64,000 nt of DNA, taken from the NCBI GenBank assembly GCA_030390025.1, contig CM059432.1:129520001-129584000 (forward strand), written 5' to 3'. Origin of the DNA: Squalus acanthias. Its lineage: Eukaryota. How positions within the stretch are numbered: the stretch's first letter is position 1; each line of letters begins with the position of its first letter. Below, in pieces: positions 37,033 to 50,921 of the stretch. Position numbers and translations under genes: made by a program. Under the pieces are notes generated by a model that had not been told where the DNA came from, did not search any database, and was given only the letters and a program-made list of their open reading frames with translations.

Positions 37033-37615
37033 GTCAGCCTTGGCTCAGTGGTAGCACTCTCCCCTCTGAGTCAGAAGGTCACAAGCACAATATCTAAAGT
37101 GATACTCCAGTGCAGTATTGAGGGGGGTGCTGCACTGTCGTTGGTGCTGTCTTTCGGATGAAACCTTAAACCGAGGTCCTGCCTGCTCTCTCAATTAGAC
37201 ATAAAACACCCCATTGCATTGTGCAAAGAAGAGCAAGGGTTTCTCCCGGTATCCTGTTCAACATGTAACCCTCAACCAACGTCACTGAAACAGATTATCT
37301 GGCCATTCATCTGATTGCTGTTTCGCTACATTACAACAGTGACTACATTTCAAAAGCACTTATACTAAAAGAAAATACTGCAGATGCTGGAAATCTGAAA
37401 TAAAAGCAGGAAATGCTGGAGATACTCAGCAGGTCAGGCAGCATCTGTGAAGAGAGAAGCAGAGTTAACTTTTCAGGTCGATGACCCTTCGTCAGATGCT
37501 GCCTGACCTGCTGAGTATCTCCAGCATTTTCTGTTTTTATTTCAAAAGCACTTCATTGGCGGTGAAGCGCATTGGGCCATCCAGAGGACTTGAAAGACAT
37601 TATATTCACGCAAAT
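37033..37615 (+). mobile_element. Deu-domain SINE interrupted by Penelope insert
   Basis: Head and core 37033-37361, resumes at 37539. Confidence 0.85.
37362..37538. mobile_element. Fold-back Penelope-derived insert (family A)
   Basis: 15-bp duplication ATTTCAAAAGCACTT (37347-37361, 37539-37553); inverted arms about 37400-37447 / 37493-37543; mutated hammerhead on minus strand. Confidence 0.8.
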
Positions 37616-38048
37616 TGTTTTTTTTTTCCATTCAAATGGTCAGATAATCCATAGCCAAGTGCACAAACTGGGCTCAATTCACAATGAATTACTTCAAACT
37701 GGCCCAATTCGGATCATTTCTGGTTCAGATAGTGATGGGTACAAAACCGACTCTGAATATGCTTCTGTCAGTTTCATTTTGTTAAAATTCTATTGAACTC
37801 TATCACAAAAGATCACACAGCGGTGAATTTTTTGTTTGTGACTCCTGCTTAGAACAGATATATTAAACATCACTTTTGTTAGACTCGATGAAAATAGAAA
37901 ATAAAACATCAAAATAGAAAGTATTCGACAGCATCTCTTTTGCACATCTAAGCCTCTTTTCTAAAAGTAATTTAAATAACTTGACTGACAAACAGCGTGT
38001 ACAGAATGGAAAATAAAAAATGATTCTGCTCCTTTTTAAATTTTCAAT

Positions 38049-38685
38049 GTCAGCTTGGCTCAGTTGATAGTATTCCTATTTCCGAGCCCCACTGCAGGAC
38101 TTGAGCAGGTAATCTAATCTGGCACTCTGTGAGGTCACTCAGGGAGCATTGTATTGTTGAAGGCACTCTCCTTTGGATAAGGCACTAAATCTATGGTCCT
38201 GTCTGCCTGTTCAGAGTGTATGAAAAGATCCTACAACGCTATTTCAAAGAACAGTTTTGCTCAACATTCCTCACTCAACCACGACAGCCAAAACTGCTCA
38301 TTGTTATTCGAGGGTCTTGCCGAGTGCAACACGGCTGCTGCAATTTCCCACGTAACAAAAGCCACTGCAGAGGTGCCGTCGTTCAGATGAGACGTTAAAC
38401 CGAGGTCCTGTCTACCTTCTTATCTGGACATAAAAGATCCCAAGGCACTATTTCGAAGAAGAGCAGGGGAGTTCTCCCCCAGTTCCCTGGCCAATATTTA
38501 TCCCTCAACCAACATCACTAAAACAGATTATCCGGTCATTATCACATTGCTGTTTGTGGGAGCTTGCTGTGCACAAAATTGGCTACCGCTTTTCCTACAT
38601 TTGAACAGTGACAACACTTCAATAGTACTTCATTGGCTGGAAAACACTTTGGGACATCCTGAGCTCCTGAAAGGCACTACATAAA
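38049..38685 (+). mobile_element. Two adjacent Deu-domain SINEs (degenerate 38049-38365, partial 38366-38685)
   Basis: Two successive core matches. Confidence 0.8.
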
Positions 38686-38914
38686 AGAAAGACTTGCATT
38701 TCTATAGCACCTTTCATGACCTCAGGTTGTCCTGAAGTGCTTTACAGCCAATGAAGTACTTTTTTTTTTTTAAGTGTAGTCACTATTGTAATGTGGGTAA
38801 TGCGGCATCCAATTTGCACACAGCAAGCTCCTACAAAGAGCAATGTGATAATGAGCAGATAATCTGTTTTAGTGATGTTAAGGGATAAATATTGGCCAGG
38901 ACACCAGGGATAAC
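38686..38914 (-). mobile_element. Deu-domain SINE 3' half (split by CR1)
   Basis: Breaks at GGGATAAC and resumes at 43321 ACTCCCCTGCTC; compare intact 48481-48500. Confidence 0.88.
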
Positions 38915-41900
38915 ATAGACGATAGGAGCAGGAGTAGGCCATTCGGCCCCTCAAGCCTGTTCCACCATTTAATGAGATCATGGCTGATCATCCAAATTCA
39001 GTACCCTGACCCTGCTTTCTCCTCATATCCCTTGATCCCTTTAGCCTTAAGAAATATATCTAACTCCTTCTTGAATATATTTAACGAATTGGCCTCAACT
39101 GCCTTGTGTGGTAGAGAATTCCACAGGTTCACCACTCTCTGGGTGAAGAAATTCCTCCTCATCTCAGTCCTAAATGGCTTACCTCTTATCCTTAGACTGT
39201 GACCCCTGGTTCTGGACTCACCTGCCATCGGGAACATCCTTCCTGCATCTAGTCTGTCTAGTCCTGTTAGAATTTTATAAGTTTCAATGAGATCCCCTCT
39301 CATTCTTCTAAACTCTAGCGAATATAAGCCTAATCGACCCAATCTCTTCTCATACGTCATTCCTGCCATCCCAGGTATCAGTCTGGTGAATCTTCGCTGC
39401 ACTTCCTCCATGGCAAGAACATCCTTCCTCAGATAAGGCGACCAAAACTGCACACAGTACTCAAGGTGGGTCTCACCAAGGCCCTGTACAACTGCAGCAA
39501 GACATCCTTGCTCCTGTACTCGAATCCTCTCGCTATGAAGGCCAACATACCATTTGCCTTCTTAACCGCCTGCTGCACCTGCATGCTTACCTTCAGCGAC
39601 TGGTGCACAAGGACACCCAGGTCTCGTTGCACTTCCCCTTTTCCCAATCTATTGCCGTTCAGATAATAATCTTTCTTCCTGTTTTTGCCACCAAAGTGGA
39701 TAACCTCGCATTTATCCACATTATACAGCATCTGCCATGCATCTGCTCAATCACCCAACCTGTCCAAATCATACTGGAGTTTCTCTGCATCCTCCTCACA
39801 GCACACATGCCCACCCAGCTTTGTGTCGTCTGCAAACTTGGAGATATTACATCTAGTTCCCTCGTCTAGATCATAATATATATTGTGAATAGCTGGGGTC
39901 CTAGCACCGATCCCTGCGGTACCCCACTAGTCACTGCCTGCCACTCGGAAAAAGACCCGTTTATTCCAACTCTTTGCTTCCAGTCTGCCAACCAGTTCTC
40001 TATCCAAGTCAATACCTTACCCCCAATCCCATGTGCTTTAACTTTGCACGCTAATCTCTTATGCGGGACCTTATCGAAAGCCTTCTGAAAGTCCAAATAC
40101 ACCACATCCACTGTTTCTCCCTTATCTATTTTACCAGTTACATCCTCAAAAAATTCCAGTAGATTAGTCAGGCATGATTTACCTTTTGTAAATCCATGTT
40201 GACTTTGTCCGATCCTGTCACTGTTTTCCAAGTGCTCTGCTATTACATCTTTTATAATGGACTCTAGCATTTTCCCCACTACCGATGTCAGGCTTACCGG
40301 TCTATAATTCCCCGTTTTCTCTCTACCACCTTTTTTAAATAGTGGGGTTACATTAGCTACCCTCCAATCCATGGGAACTATTCCAGAGTCTATAGAATTT
40401 TGGAAGATGACCAGCAATGCATCTACTATTTCTAGGGCCACTTCCTTAAGTACCCTAGGATGTAGATTATCAGGGCCTGGGGATTTATCGGCCTTCAATC
40501 CCGTCAATTTCCCTAACACCATTTCCCTACAAATACTGATTTCATTCAATTCCTCCCTCTCATTAGACCTTATGTTCCCTGACATCTCTGGGAGGTTATT
40601 TGTGTCCTCCTTTGTGAAGACAGAACCAAAGTATGTATTTAATTGGTCTGCCATTTCTTTGTTCCCCATTATAAAGTCCCTTGATTCTGACTGCAAGGGA
40701 CCTACGCTTGACTTCACCAATCTTTTTCTCTTCACATATCTATAGAAGCTTTTACAGTCAGTTTTTATGTTCACCGCCAGCTTACTCTCATATTCTATTT
40801 TCCCCCTCTTAATTAATCCCTTTGTCCTCCTTTGCTGAATCCTAAACTGCTCCCAATCCTCAGGTATGCTGCTTTTTCTGGCCAATTTATATGTCCTCTC
40901 CTTGGATCTTATGCTATCCCTAATTTCCCTTGTTAGCCACGGTTGAGTCACCTTTTTTGTTTTATTTTTATGCCAAACAGGGATGAAGAAATTCTGTAGT
41001 TCATCCATGCGATCTTTAAATGTTTGCCATTGCCTATCCACCGTCAACCCTTTAAGTAACGCTCCCCAATCCATCCTAGCCAACTCGTGCCTCATACCAT
41101 CGTAGTGTCCTTTACTTAAATTCAGGACCCTAGTCTCTGAGTCAACTACTTCACTCTCCATCTTAATGAAGAATTCTATCATATCATGATCGCTCCTCCC
41201 CAAGGGGCCTCACACAACAAGATTGCTAATTAATCCTTTCTCATCACATAATACCCAGTCTAAGATGGCCTGATCTCTAGTTGGTTCCTCGACATATTGG
41301 TCCAGGAAACCATCCCGTATACACTCTAGGAATTCCTCCTCCACAGTATTGTTAATAATTTGGTTAGCCCAATCTATATGTAGATTAAAGTCACCCATGA
41401 TAACTGCTGTGCCCTTATTGCACGCATCTCTAATTTCCCGTTTAATGCCATCCCCAACCTCAGCATTACTGTTTGGGGGTCTGTATACAACTCCCACTAA
41501 CGTTTTCTGCCCCTTGGTATTTCACAGCTCTACCCATACAGATTCCACATCATCAGAGCTAATATCCTTCCTTACTATTGTGTTAATCTCCTCTTTAACC
41601 AGCAATGCTACCCCACCTCCTTTTACTTTTCGCCTGTCCTTCCTGAATATTGAATACCCCTGGATGTTGAATTCCCAGCCTTGGTCACCCTGAAGCCATG
41701 TCTCCGTAATCCCAATTATATCATATCCGTTTACATCTATTTGCGCAGCTAATTCATCCACCTTATTACAAATGCTCCTCGCATTAAGACACAAAGCCTT
41801 CAGGCTTGTTTTTTTAACACTCTTAGTCCTTTTAGAATTATTATTTACTGTAGCCCTGTTTGATTTACACCCTTGATTTCTCTGCCTTCCACTTTTGCTT

Positions 41901-43320
41901 TTCTCCTTCCTGTCTTTTGCTTCTATCCTTGTTTCCCTTTCCTCTGTCTCCCTGCACAGGTTCCCAACCCCCTGCCATTTTAGTTTAAACCCTCCCCAAC
42001 AGCACTAGCAAACACTCCCCCTCGGACATTGGTCCCGGTCCCGCCCACGTGCAAACCGTCCAGTTTGTACTGGTCCCACCTCCCCCAGAACCAGTTCCAA
42101 TGTCCCAGGAATTTGAATCCCTCCCCCTTGTACCATTCCTCTAGCCACGTATTCATCTGAAATATCCTTCTATTTCTACTCTGACTAGCATGTGGCACTG
42201 GTAGCAATCCTGAGATTACTACCTTTGAGGTCCGTATTTTTAAAATTTACCTCCTAACTCCCTATATTCAGCTTTTAGGACCTCATCCCATTTTTTATCT
42301 ATATCGTTGGCACCTATATGCACCATGACAACTGGCTGTTCACCCTCCCCTTCCAGAATGCCCTGCAGCCGCCCCGAGACATCCTTGACCCTTGTACCAG
42401 GGAGGTAACATACCATCTTGGAGTCTCGTTTGCGGCCGCAAAAATGCCTATCTATTCCCCTTACAATAGAATCCCCTCTCCCACTCTTTTTCCTCCCGTC
42501 TGTGAAACAGAACCACCCATGGTGCCAGGAAGTTGGCTGCTGCTGCCTTCCCCCAATAAGCCATCTCCCTCAACAATATCCAAAGTGGTATATCTGTTTG
42601 AGAGGGGGATGGCCACAGGGGACCCCTGCACTACCTGCCTGCGCCTACTACTCTGCCTGGCGGTCACCTATTCCCTTCCTGCCTGTGCAGCCTTTACCTG
42701 TGGTGTGACCAACTCATTAAACGTGCTATCCACGATGTCCTCAGCATCGCGAATGCTCCAGTATGTATCCATTCACAGCTCCAGTGCCGCAATGCGGTCT
42801 GCCAGTAGCTGCAGCTGGATACACTTCCCGCACACATGGTCGTCAGGGACACAGGAAGTGTCCCTGATTTCCCACATAGTGCAGGCAGAGCTGTGCTGCC
42901 ATGACTTACCCTTTAATTAATTTAAATTAAATTAAATCAAATCAAATCAATACCACTAATTACACTACAATTAAATGATATACTCAAGGGCCCTTGTTTA
43001 CTAGCACTCCCCGCTACACAACAGAGACCTTAGAAACTATAACCACAAAAATTAAGACCGTCTAAATTTTATGAACTATTCATCTTAACTGTTAAACGAT
43101 AGAGTATAAATACTCACTTGGCCATACTCACCCAATCAGCTGCTTCCTCTTGCCCGCATCACTTTTTGAATCGTGACGTGACTCTGGAACGCCGCCGCCA
43201 GTCTGAGAGATTGGTAAGCCTCTGTAAAAAAAAGCCCGCAAAAGTGAGTTTAAGTACTCACCGGCTTCTCCTGACACTGAGCCTCTGTAAAAAAAAAGCC
43301 CGCGAAAGTGAGTTCAAGTA
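38915..43320 (-). mobile_element. Near full-length CR1 LINE, inactivated
   Basis: ORF1 remnants about 41980-42900 (PLSNRY, DGLH); ORF2 pieces 41794-38998 (LNARSI, ETWL, GDFN, SDH, RT) with stops and frameshifts; TAAC shared at both junctions; about 62-bp tandem unit at 5' end. Confidence 0.95.
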
Positions 43321-43547
43321 ACTCCCCTGCTCTTCTTCAAAATAGTGCCATGGGATCTTTTACATCCGCCTGAGAGAGCAGTTTAACGTCTTATCTGAAA
43401 AACAGCACCTCCGACAGTGCAGCACTCCCTCAGTACTGCACTGGGTGTCAGCCTAGATTTTTGTGCTCAAGTCTCTGGGGTGGAGACTTGAACCCACAAC
43501 CTTCTGACGTAGAGGTGAGCGTGCTACCCACTGAGCCAGGGCTGACA
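43321..43547 (-). mobile_element. Deu-domain SINE 5' half
   Basis: Head TGGCTCAGTGGG / GGTTCAAGTC and core on the minus strand. Confidence 0.9.
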
Positions 43548-44058
43548 CAATGCAAGATCGTTCTTTCAAAGTAGCTTGTTGAATATGGAAGTGCTTTGGA
43601 CTTTTTTTTCCTGAGCGATGTGAAAAGGTTGCTGCACAATTACAAGTCAGTCTTACTTTAAATTAAACTGTTGCATAAACTTTGAATCATTTCGGATTTT
43701 AACTAATTACAGCGAGGTCTTTTGCAATATGGAAATGTGTCAACGTCTGCGGCAGAAAATTCACTGGCTACTGTGTTTGAAATAAAAACAGAGATTCACG
43801 TATGCGATTTCTCCCCACACCCTAAAATAGTTCTCCAGCCTGGCGGAACTGGTCTCGTTTCAAACTCCGCCGTGACTTAGCTGGATTCTCCTTCCACAAT
43901 TAGGGAATAATACAGTTCAAAGAAACTGCTTTAAAATACACAGCTGGCCCGTCACCGTCAGAGAAGGAGAAATGACAGGACAACTGACACAACCAGTGTC
44001 ACGTTTCAGGTGCTGAGGCACTGGTGCGCATTTCATTTCAGATTTCCGAACTCATGTT

Positions 44059-44094
<36 letters not shown>
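44059..44094. repeat. (TG)n(AG)n compound microsatellite
   Basis: Seen directly; further (AG)n tracts near 44292, 44580, 44628 and 44902. Confidence 0.9.
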
Positions 44095-45779
<1,685 letters not shown>

Positions 45780-46851
45780 GGGAGGCGCTGGAACAGGACC
45801 TTTCCAGCCAGGGATTCTCTCGCACCAGTGCAGGAATGAACGCCGTTTTCTGCTGTTCAGGTGTTTGCTGATCTGCACTTTTTTTTCCCACCCCCTCGCA
45901 GTGGACAAGTTGGAAGGAAGAAGGTTCAAGTGGGCGGATTGCACAGAAGTGAAACTTGTATAATCTTATCTGTCTGTCACATTCCATTTTATTCCGAGAA
46001 ACTGGCGTGAATTAACATTGAAAAGACCCCGTTCAATACACCGATCGACCTATTGCAATACAGGAGTGTTGGTGCCCTTCGTAAAAACGGTACCTTTTTT
46101 ATATTTGGTCCTAATCTGCGACTTCTCCACAAGGTACTCTTGTCCCCTCCTCCTCCTCCTCCTCCTCCCCCTTTAATGGCCGGGTTCATTAAAACCTCGG
46201 TTCAACTGAGAATCCAAATGACTTCTCTGCTAAAGGGAAGATTGCTCGGTGATAATAGTTCCTTCAAAATGAAGGGCAAGGTTTAATCAGCAGAATGAAT
46301 GGCTTTTTGGAAGGGATTAGGTTGAGCTGAAGATAGATTGCGGTAATAAACAGGAAGACGGGTAAACACTGCTGTGAAGGCGGTGAATGCGCGCTGGATT
46401 TTCGTGATTCAGTCAGTGAGAAGTCTTGTGAAGCGCTTCATTCACCAAATCTACCCTCCTCTCGCCTTTAATTGAAGCCTAAACATACTTTATAATTTGA
46501 GCAATAGTACTGCTGATTTTATTGTAAGTTTGGTTTGAAGCCCGTACTGATTTAGGGTGGTTTCAAGTGTTCTTGCTGTCACTGATACACCGACCGAAGA
46601 CACAATGAAGTACAGTTCGAGAGTATCCATATTTCTTGCACATCTTTATTGAAATTGAATTAAATATTTTTATAATGATATTTTTGAATTATTGTGCATT
46701 AAGTTTTGCACTACTGTTAATTTTTTTGCCTGCCTTAATGTTGATGTATGTAACATATCAAAGTTTTGAAAGGTTCTAAAGATCAACACAATGCACAGAT
46801 TATGTATTGATAATGTCTTAATAAGCACTTGTGTTCATTGAAAAACCATGT

Positions 46852-46857
46852 AATAAA
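46852..46857 (+). terminator. Candidate poly(A) signal of LRATD2
   Basis: AATAAA at the end of an AT-rich transposon-free stretch about 1.07 kb after the stop; alternatives near 46345 and 47036. Confidence 0.4.
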
Positions 46858-47079
46858 ATTGTTGGATTACATGGTTTTCCATGTGAGACTCTTTCTACAG
46901 TATCCATCTAAACATAACAACTGAGTTGCCAGGAAAGTTTCCCTATCTTCCACCCCACCTTAAAAAAAAAAAGTTGTACAGCACACTTGATTCTGCAATA
47001 GTCATCTCACCCTAATCACTCCATAAAGATGCGAAAATAAATCAAATATATTCAAATGTTCTTGATAAATACCTATAGT

Positions 47080-47521
47080 GTCAGCCTTGGCTCAGTGGGT
47101 AGCACTCTTCCCTCTGAGTCAGAAGGTTGCAGGTTCAAGTCCCGATCCAGTCACTTGAGCACAAAAATCTAGGCTGACACTCCAATGCAGTGCTGAGGGA
47201 GTGCTGCACTGTCGGAGGTGCCGTCTTTCGGATGAGATGTGAAACCGAGGCCCTGTCTGCTCTCACAGGTGGACGTAAAAGATCCCATGGCACTATTCAA
47301 AGAAGAGCAGGGGAGTTATCCCCAGTGTCCTGGCCAATATTACTAAAACATTACTAAAAACAGATTATCTGGTCATTATCACATTGCTGTTTGTGGGAGC
47401 TTGCTGTGTGCAAACTGGCTGCAACATTTCCTACATTACAACAGTGACTACAATTCAGAAGTTGGCTGTAAAGCACTTTGGGACACCCTGAGGTCATGAA
47501 AGGCACTATGGAAATGCAAGA
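47080..47521 (+). mobile_element. Full-length Deu-domain SINE
   Basis: A and B boxes (TGGCTCAGTGGG, GGTTCAAGTCC), core, 3' end. Confidence 0.92.
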
Positions 47522-47649
47522 CTGTCCAAAACATAAGGAAGTGAATTTATTGTTCCCTTATTACAATACTAAACATCAATCAGCAAAACAAAGTGATTCC
47601 TGCAGCAGATCAGTGAATTTATCAAATGAAGATCCAAACTATACAGACC

Positions 47650-47935
47650 GGGGAGATCTGTGATGAGGCGGCTGGTCTCAGCCAGAGAGGCAATAAGGTG
47701 CCCTTGGGTTAGGTTGGGTAACATTTCCCAGAATTCCTGCTTCTGATCACTATCCCTACTTGAAATGCATGTGTAGAGGTTGGGTGAAGACCCTTGTGGT
47801 TTAATAACCCGTTGATCTGCTTTTTCTGGCCTCACGTATGAAGTATGACCTTTGGATAAGGTATCAGAAATCACTGAGCTATTGGGTGTGTATTGTATCA
47901 GAAAGAAAATGCCTTCAGGAGGGGAGAGGAGGAGA
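47650..47935 (+). mobile_element. Old SINE-like repeat (same family as 7650)
   Basis: GGTCTCAGCC...CTGATCACTATCC...GCCTTCAGGAGGGGAG. Confidence 0.4.
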
Positions 47936-48263
47936 AAAAGTTTTTTTTTAAAAAGCCATGTAGCCAGACATGGTTAGAATTACCTTTTATTTAAAATGGT
48001 TCTTGAAGTATTTGAGATTTAAATGTAGTCGTGAGATTCAATCATGAGCTATAGGAATAAAGGACATCAGTTGACAAGTGTGAGGGAGTTGAAGGACTAT
48101 CTTTAAGCTGCATTTATATTAGAAAACTGCTTCCTGAAGTGGTTTTCCAGTACTAACTCTCAGTCCCATTGCTATAGAAACTGCCCTGTTTGTATTGAAA
48201 GGTAGTTATTCTGCAGCAACCAGATAAACTTCAAAATAATTGTGCATATGCATAACCTTTTAA

Positions 48264-48725
48264 AAGAAAGATTTGCATTTATACAGCACTTTTCACAACC
48301 TCAGGACATCCCAAAGCACTTCACAACCAATAAAGTACTCTTTGAAGTGTCGTCACTGTTGTAATGTAGGAAACATGGCAGCCAATTTGCACACAGCAAG
48401 CTCCCACAAACAGCAATGAGTTAATGACCAGATAATCTGTTTTAGTGATGTTGATTGAGGGATAAATATTGGCCAGGACACCGGGGATAACTCCCCTGCT
48501 CCTCTTCCAAATACTTCCCTGGGATCTTTCACGTCCACCTGAGAGGGCAAACGGGGCCTCGGTTTCACATCTCATCTGAAAGACGGCACCTCCAACAGTG
48601 CAGCACTCCCTCAGCACTGCACTGGAGCGTCAGCCTAGATTATGTGCTCAAGTCTCTGGAGCGGGACTTGAACCCACAACCTTCTGACTCAGAGGCGAGG
48701 GTGCTACCCACTGTCCAAGGTTGAT
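48264..48725 (-). mobile_element. Full-length Deu-domain SINE
   Basis: Reverse-complement match to 47080-47521. Confidence 0.92.
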
Positions 48726-49789
48726 ACCAACAGACTGTCTGTACCTTTTCCAATGACCTGCAAGATCTGAACAGGCCAGTGACAGTGAAAACATTTTACT
48801 GGCCTGTACAGAGACAGACAGGAGCACTTTGGCCGCTCAGCCCACCAGCGGTTATCCCTTTTGCCTGCTGCGTGAATAGGCTGCTTTGTGTTTACACTGC
48901 CGTCAGAGGCGGGGCTGTAATTGGAGGAACAGGTCAAAACCATCTACATTGATGTCTCGCACTGCCCCTGGCACCACTCGCACCAGTTTGTTTATATTCA
49001 CAGTCTGCCGCTGACTTCACAGATATTGTCAGTTGCAAATTGCAAATATAAATGGGCTATCAAGCCGCAGGGAACTCTCAGCTGCATTTTCCCTTTGTTG
49101 TGGATTCAGAGTTAGACATGATCGGCAATGATTTAAGATCTGCGTTTCAAAGTGGCAATGGGCACTTCTGATTCAGTCTGGAATAACATTATGATTCATA
49201 AAACTACCTGGTGTGATAAAGGATTCTGCAAATCACTCTCTGCCACATCAAAACGAGCGCCATCGAGGCAAGAACTACTGTGAGGGTTTCTCAAATTAGC
49301 AGAGGGAGTACCCAGCGTAGTCACTGAGAGCAGAAAAACCACAACAAACCAAGTGAGTGGGCAGTCAATCAAAAACATAAACAGTTGACATTTGCTTTTT
49401 AAGCCTGTAGTCAGTTCTTAACCTCCGAAACAATACAATGAAACATGTTAATTGTAGTGCAATGTGTTGGCGCACAAGGCAAAACAAAGGTGTTTTGACT
49501 GAGCACATTTGTCTCTTTCAAAAAGAAGTCCTTCAGCATCATAGGGTTAAGCTCAGGGAGCACAGTGCATGTCCATCCAAAGATGGCTTGGCGCAGATAC
49601 TGAATAAATGCCGAGAGCACAGGATTTACATGTTCAGTAGGTAAGAGCCATTTATTGAATCTACAGTCTGCTCCCTAAGGTTATTCTTGAAGTAAACAAG
49701 CATTCACACTTTAAACACTGAAAAGGTAGCTACATTGTTAAATAATCCCTTGTAACTTAGGGAAAGTGACCTGATCCTAGCAAAAGTTG

Positions 49790-50730
49790 TTCCATCTATT
49801 GAAACGCAAGGGACTGGTAAACTTGGCTATATTCCCAAGATATGTCAAGGTTAAGGGATTGTCTGCTTGAGCATTTAAAACAATGAAGGGAATTGTCAGG
49901 TTCGATAGGAAATGCCTATGGCAGGAGAATCCAGAATAAGGAAACATAATCTTAGAATTTGAACTAACAGCAAGTTCATAAAGAAAGTCTTCATGCAAAG
50001 GGTTGTGAGAATGTGGCATGCACTGCCCCGAAAGGCCATAAGTGCAGAATCAATTGAGATGTTTAGAAAAGCGATAGATACTTAAATGGGAAGTGAAGTT
50101 ATTGAGGGATGTGGAGAAAGGTTGAGGAACCGAGATGAAAAGATAAAGAGCTATCATGACCAGCAAAATAGTGAAGTTGGCTCAATTGTATAAACTGCCA
50201 ACTCCTGTTCCTAAGTTGCTATTTTCTTTGTCAGCTGCTGTGCTCCTGTACCTGTTCTTAATTGTGATGATATCTATATTCTGGTGCTTTTGAATCCTCT
50301 TTATAGACAGCCCTTCCCACAGTCTAGATTCAGCATTTTTTAATGCATAAGGATGTTCAAATGTAGAGAACAGGAAAAAGTCTGTAGGCCAATAAGAGCA
50401 CCTCTTTGTGCTTAATCTTAACCCCACCTTTTCACCACACCTACATAGCCCCTCCTTCAAAAAAACTATCTTCAACCCATTAATACCATTTGCTCCAGTA
50501 ACCTTTCTGGTAACATAACACATGCCTATTATATGTTGTGTGATATCATTCTGCCTGAAAATCCTTACTTGTTACTATTTTCCTACTTATGTTCCCTAGT
50601 TTTTGAAACCTTTATCAGTGTGAACAATTTGTCTTGGATCATCTTCTTCACAAGTCTGAAACATTCTATTAGATTCCCTCATGAGAACAAATCCACCACC
50701 CTTAACCATTCCTCAAAACTTTGTTTCATA
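49790..50730. mobile_element. Two old CR1 3' remnants (+ about 49790-50200; - about 50260-50730)
   Basis: Degenerate FKTMKG, QRVVRMWHALP and related 3' motifs. Confidence 0.5.
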
Positions 50731-50736
50731 GACTAA

Positions 50737-50921
50737 GGGGCATAATTCCATCTTGGGCGGTAGCACACAATGGGTGGTATTACATTGGCCGCCTGCTATA
50801 CACCCTGCCCGATATTCAGTTCTGCTGGCCGTCAATGGAGCTGACTGTCAGGCGGGGCGTATAATGAGTGGTCTACGCGATATCACCCGTGTTACACGAC
50901 TGCTCCAGACAAATTTCATCT
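50737..50921. mobile_element. Degenerate fold-back MITE
   Basis: About 88-bp imperfect arms around a CAATGG centre; TAA on the left flank. Confidence 0.55.

Noticed and set aside
47080..47155. tRNA genes
   Set aside because: A/B boxes are SINE heads continuing into the Deu core; no complete cloverleaf evident.
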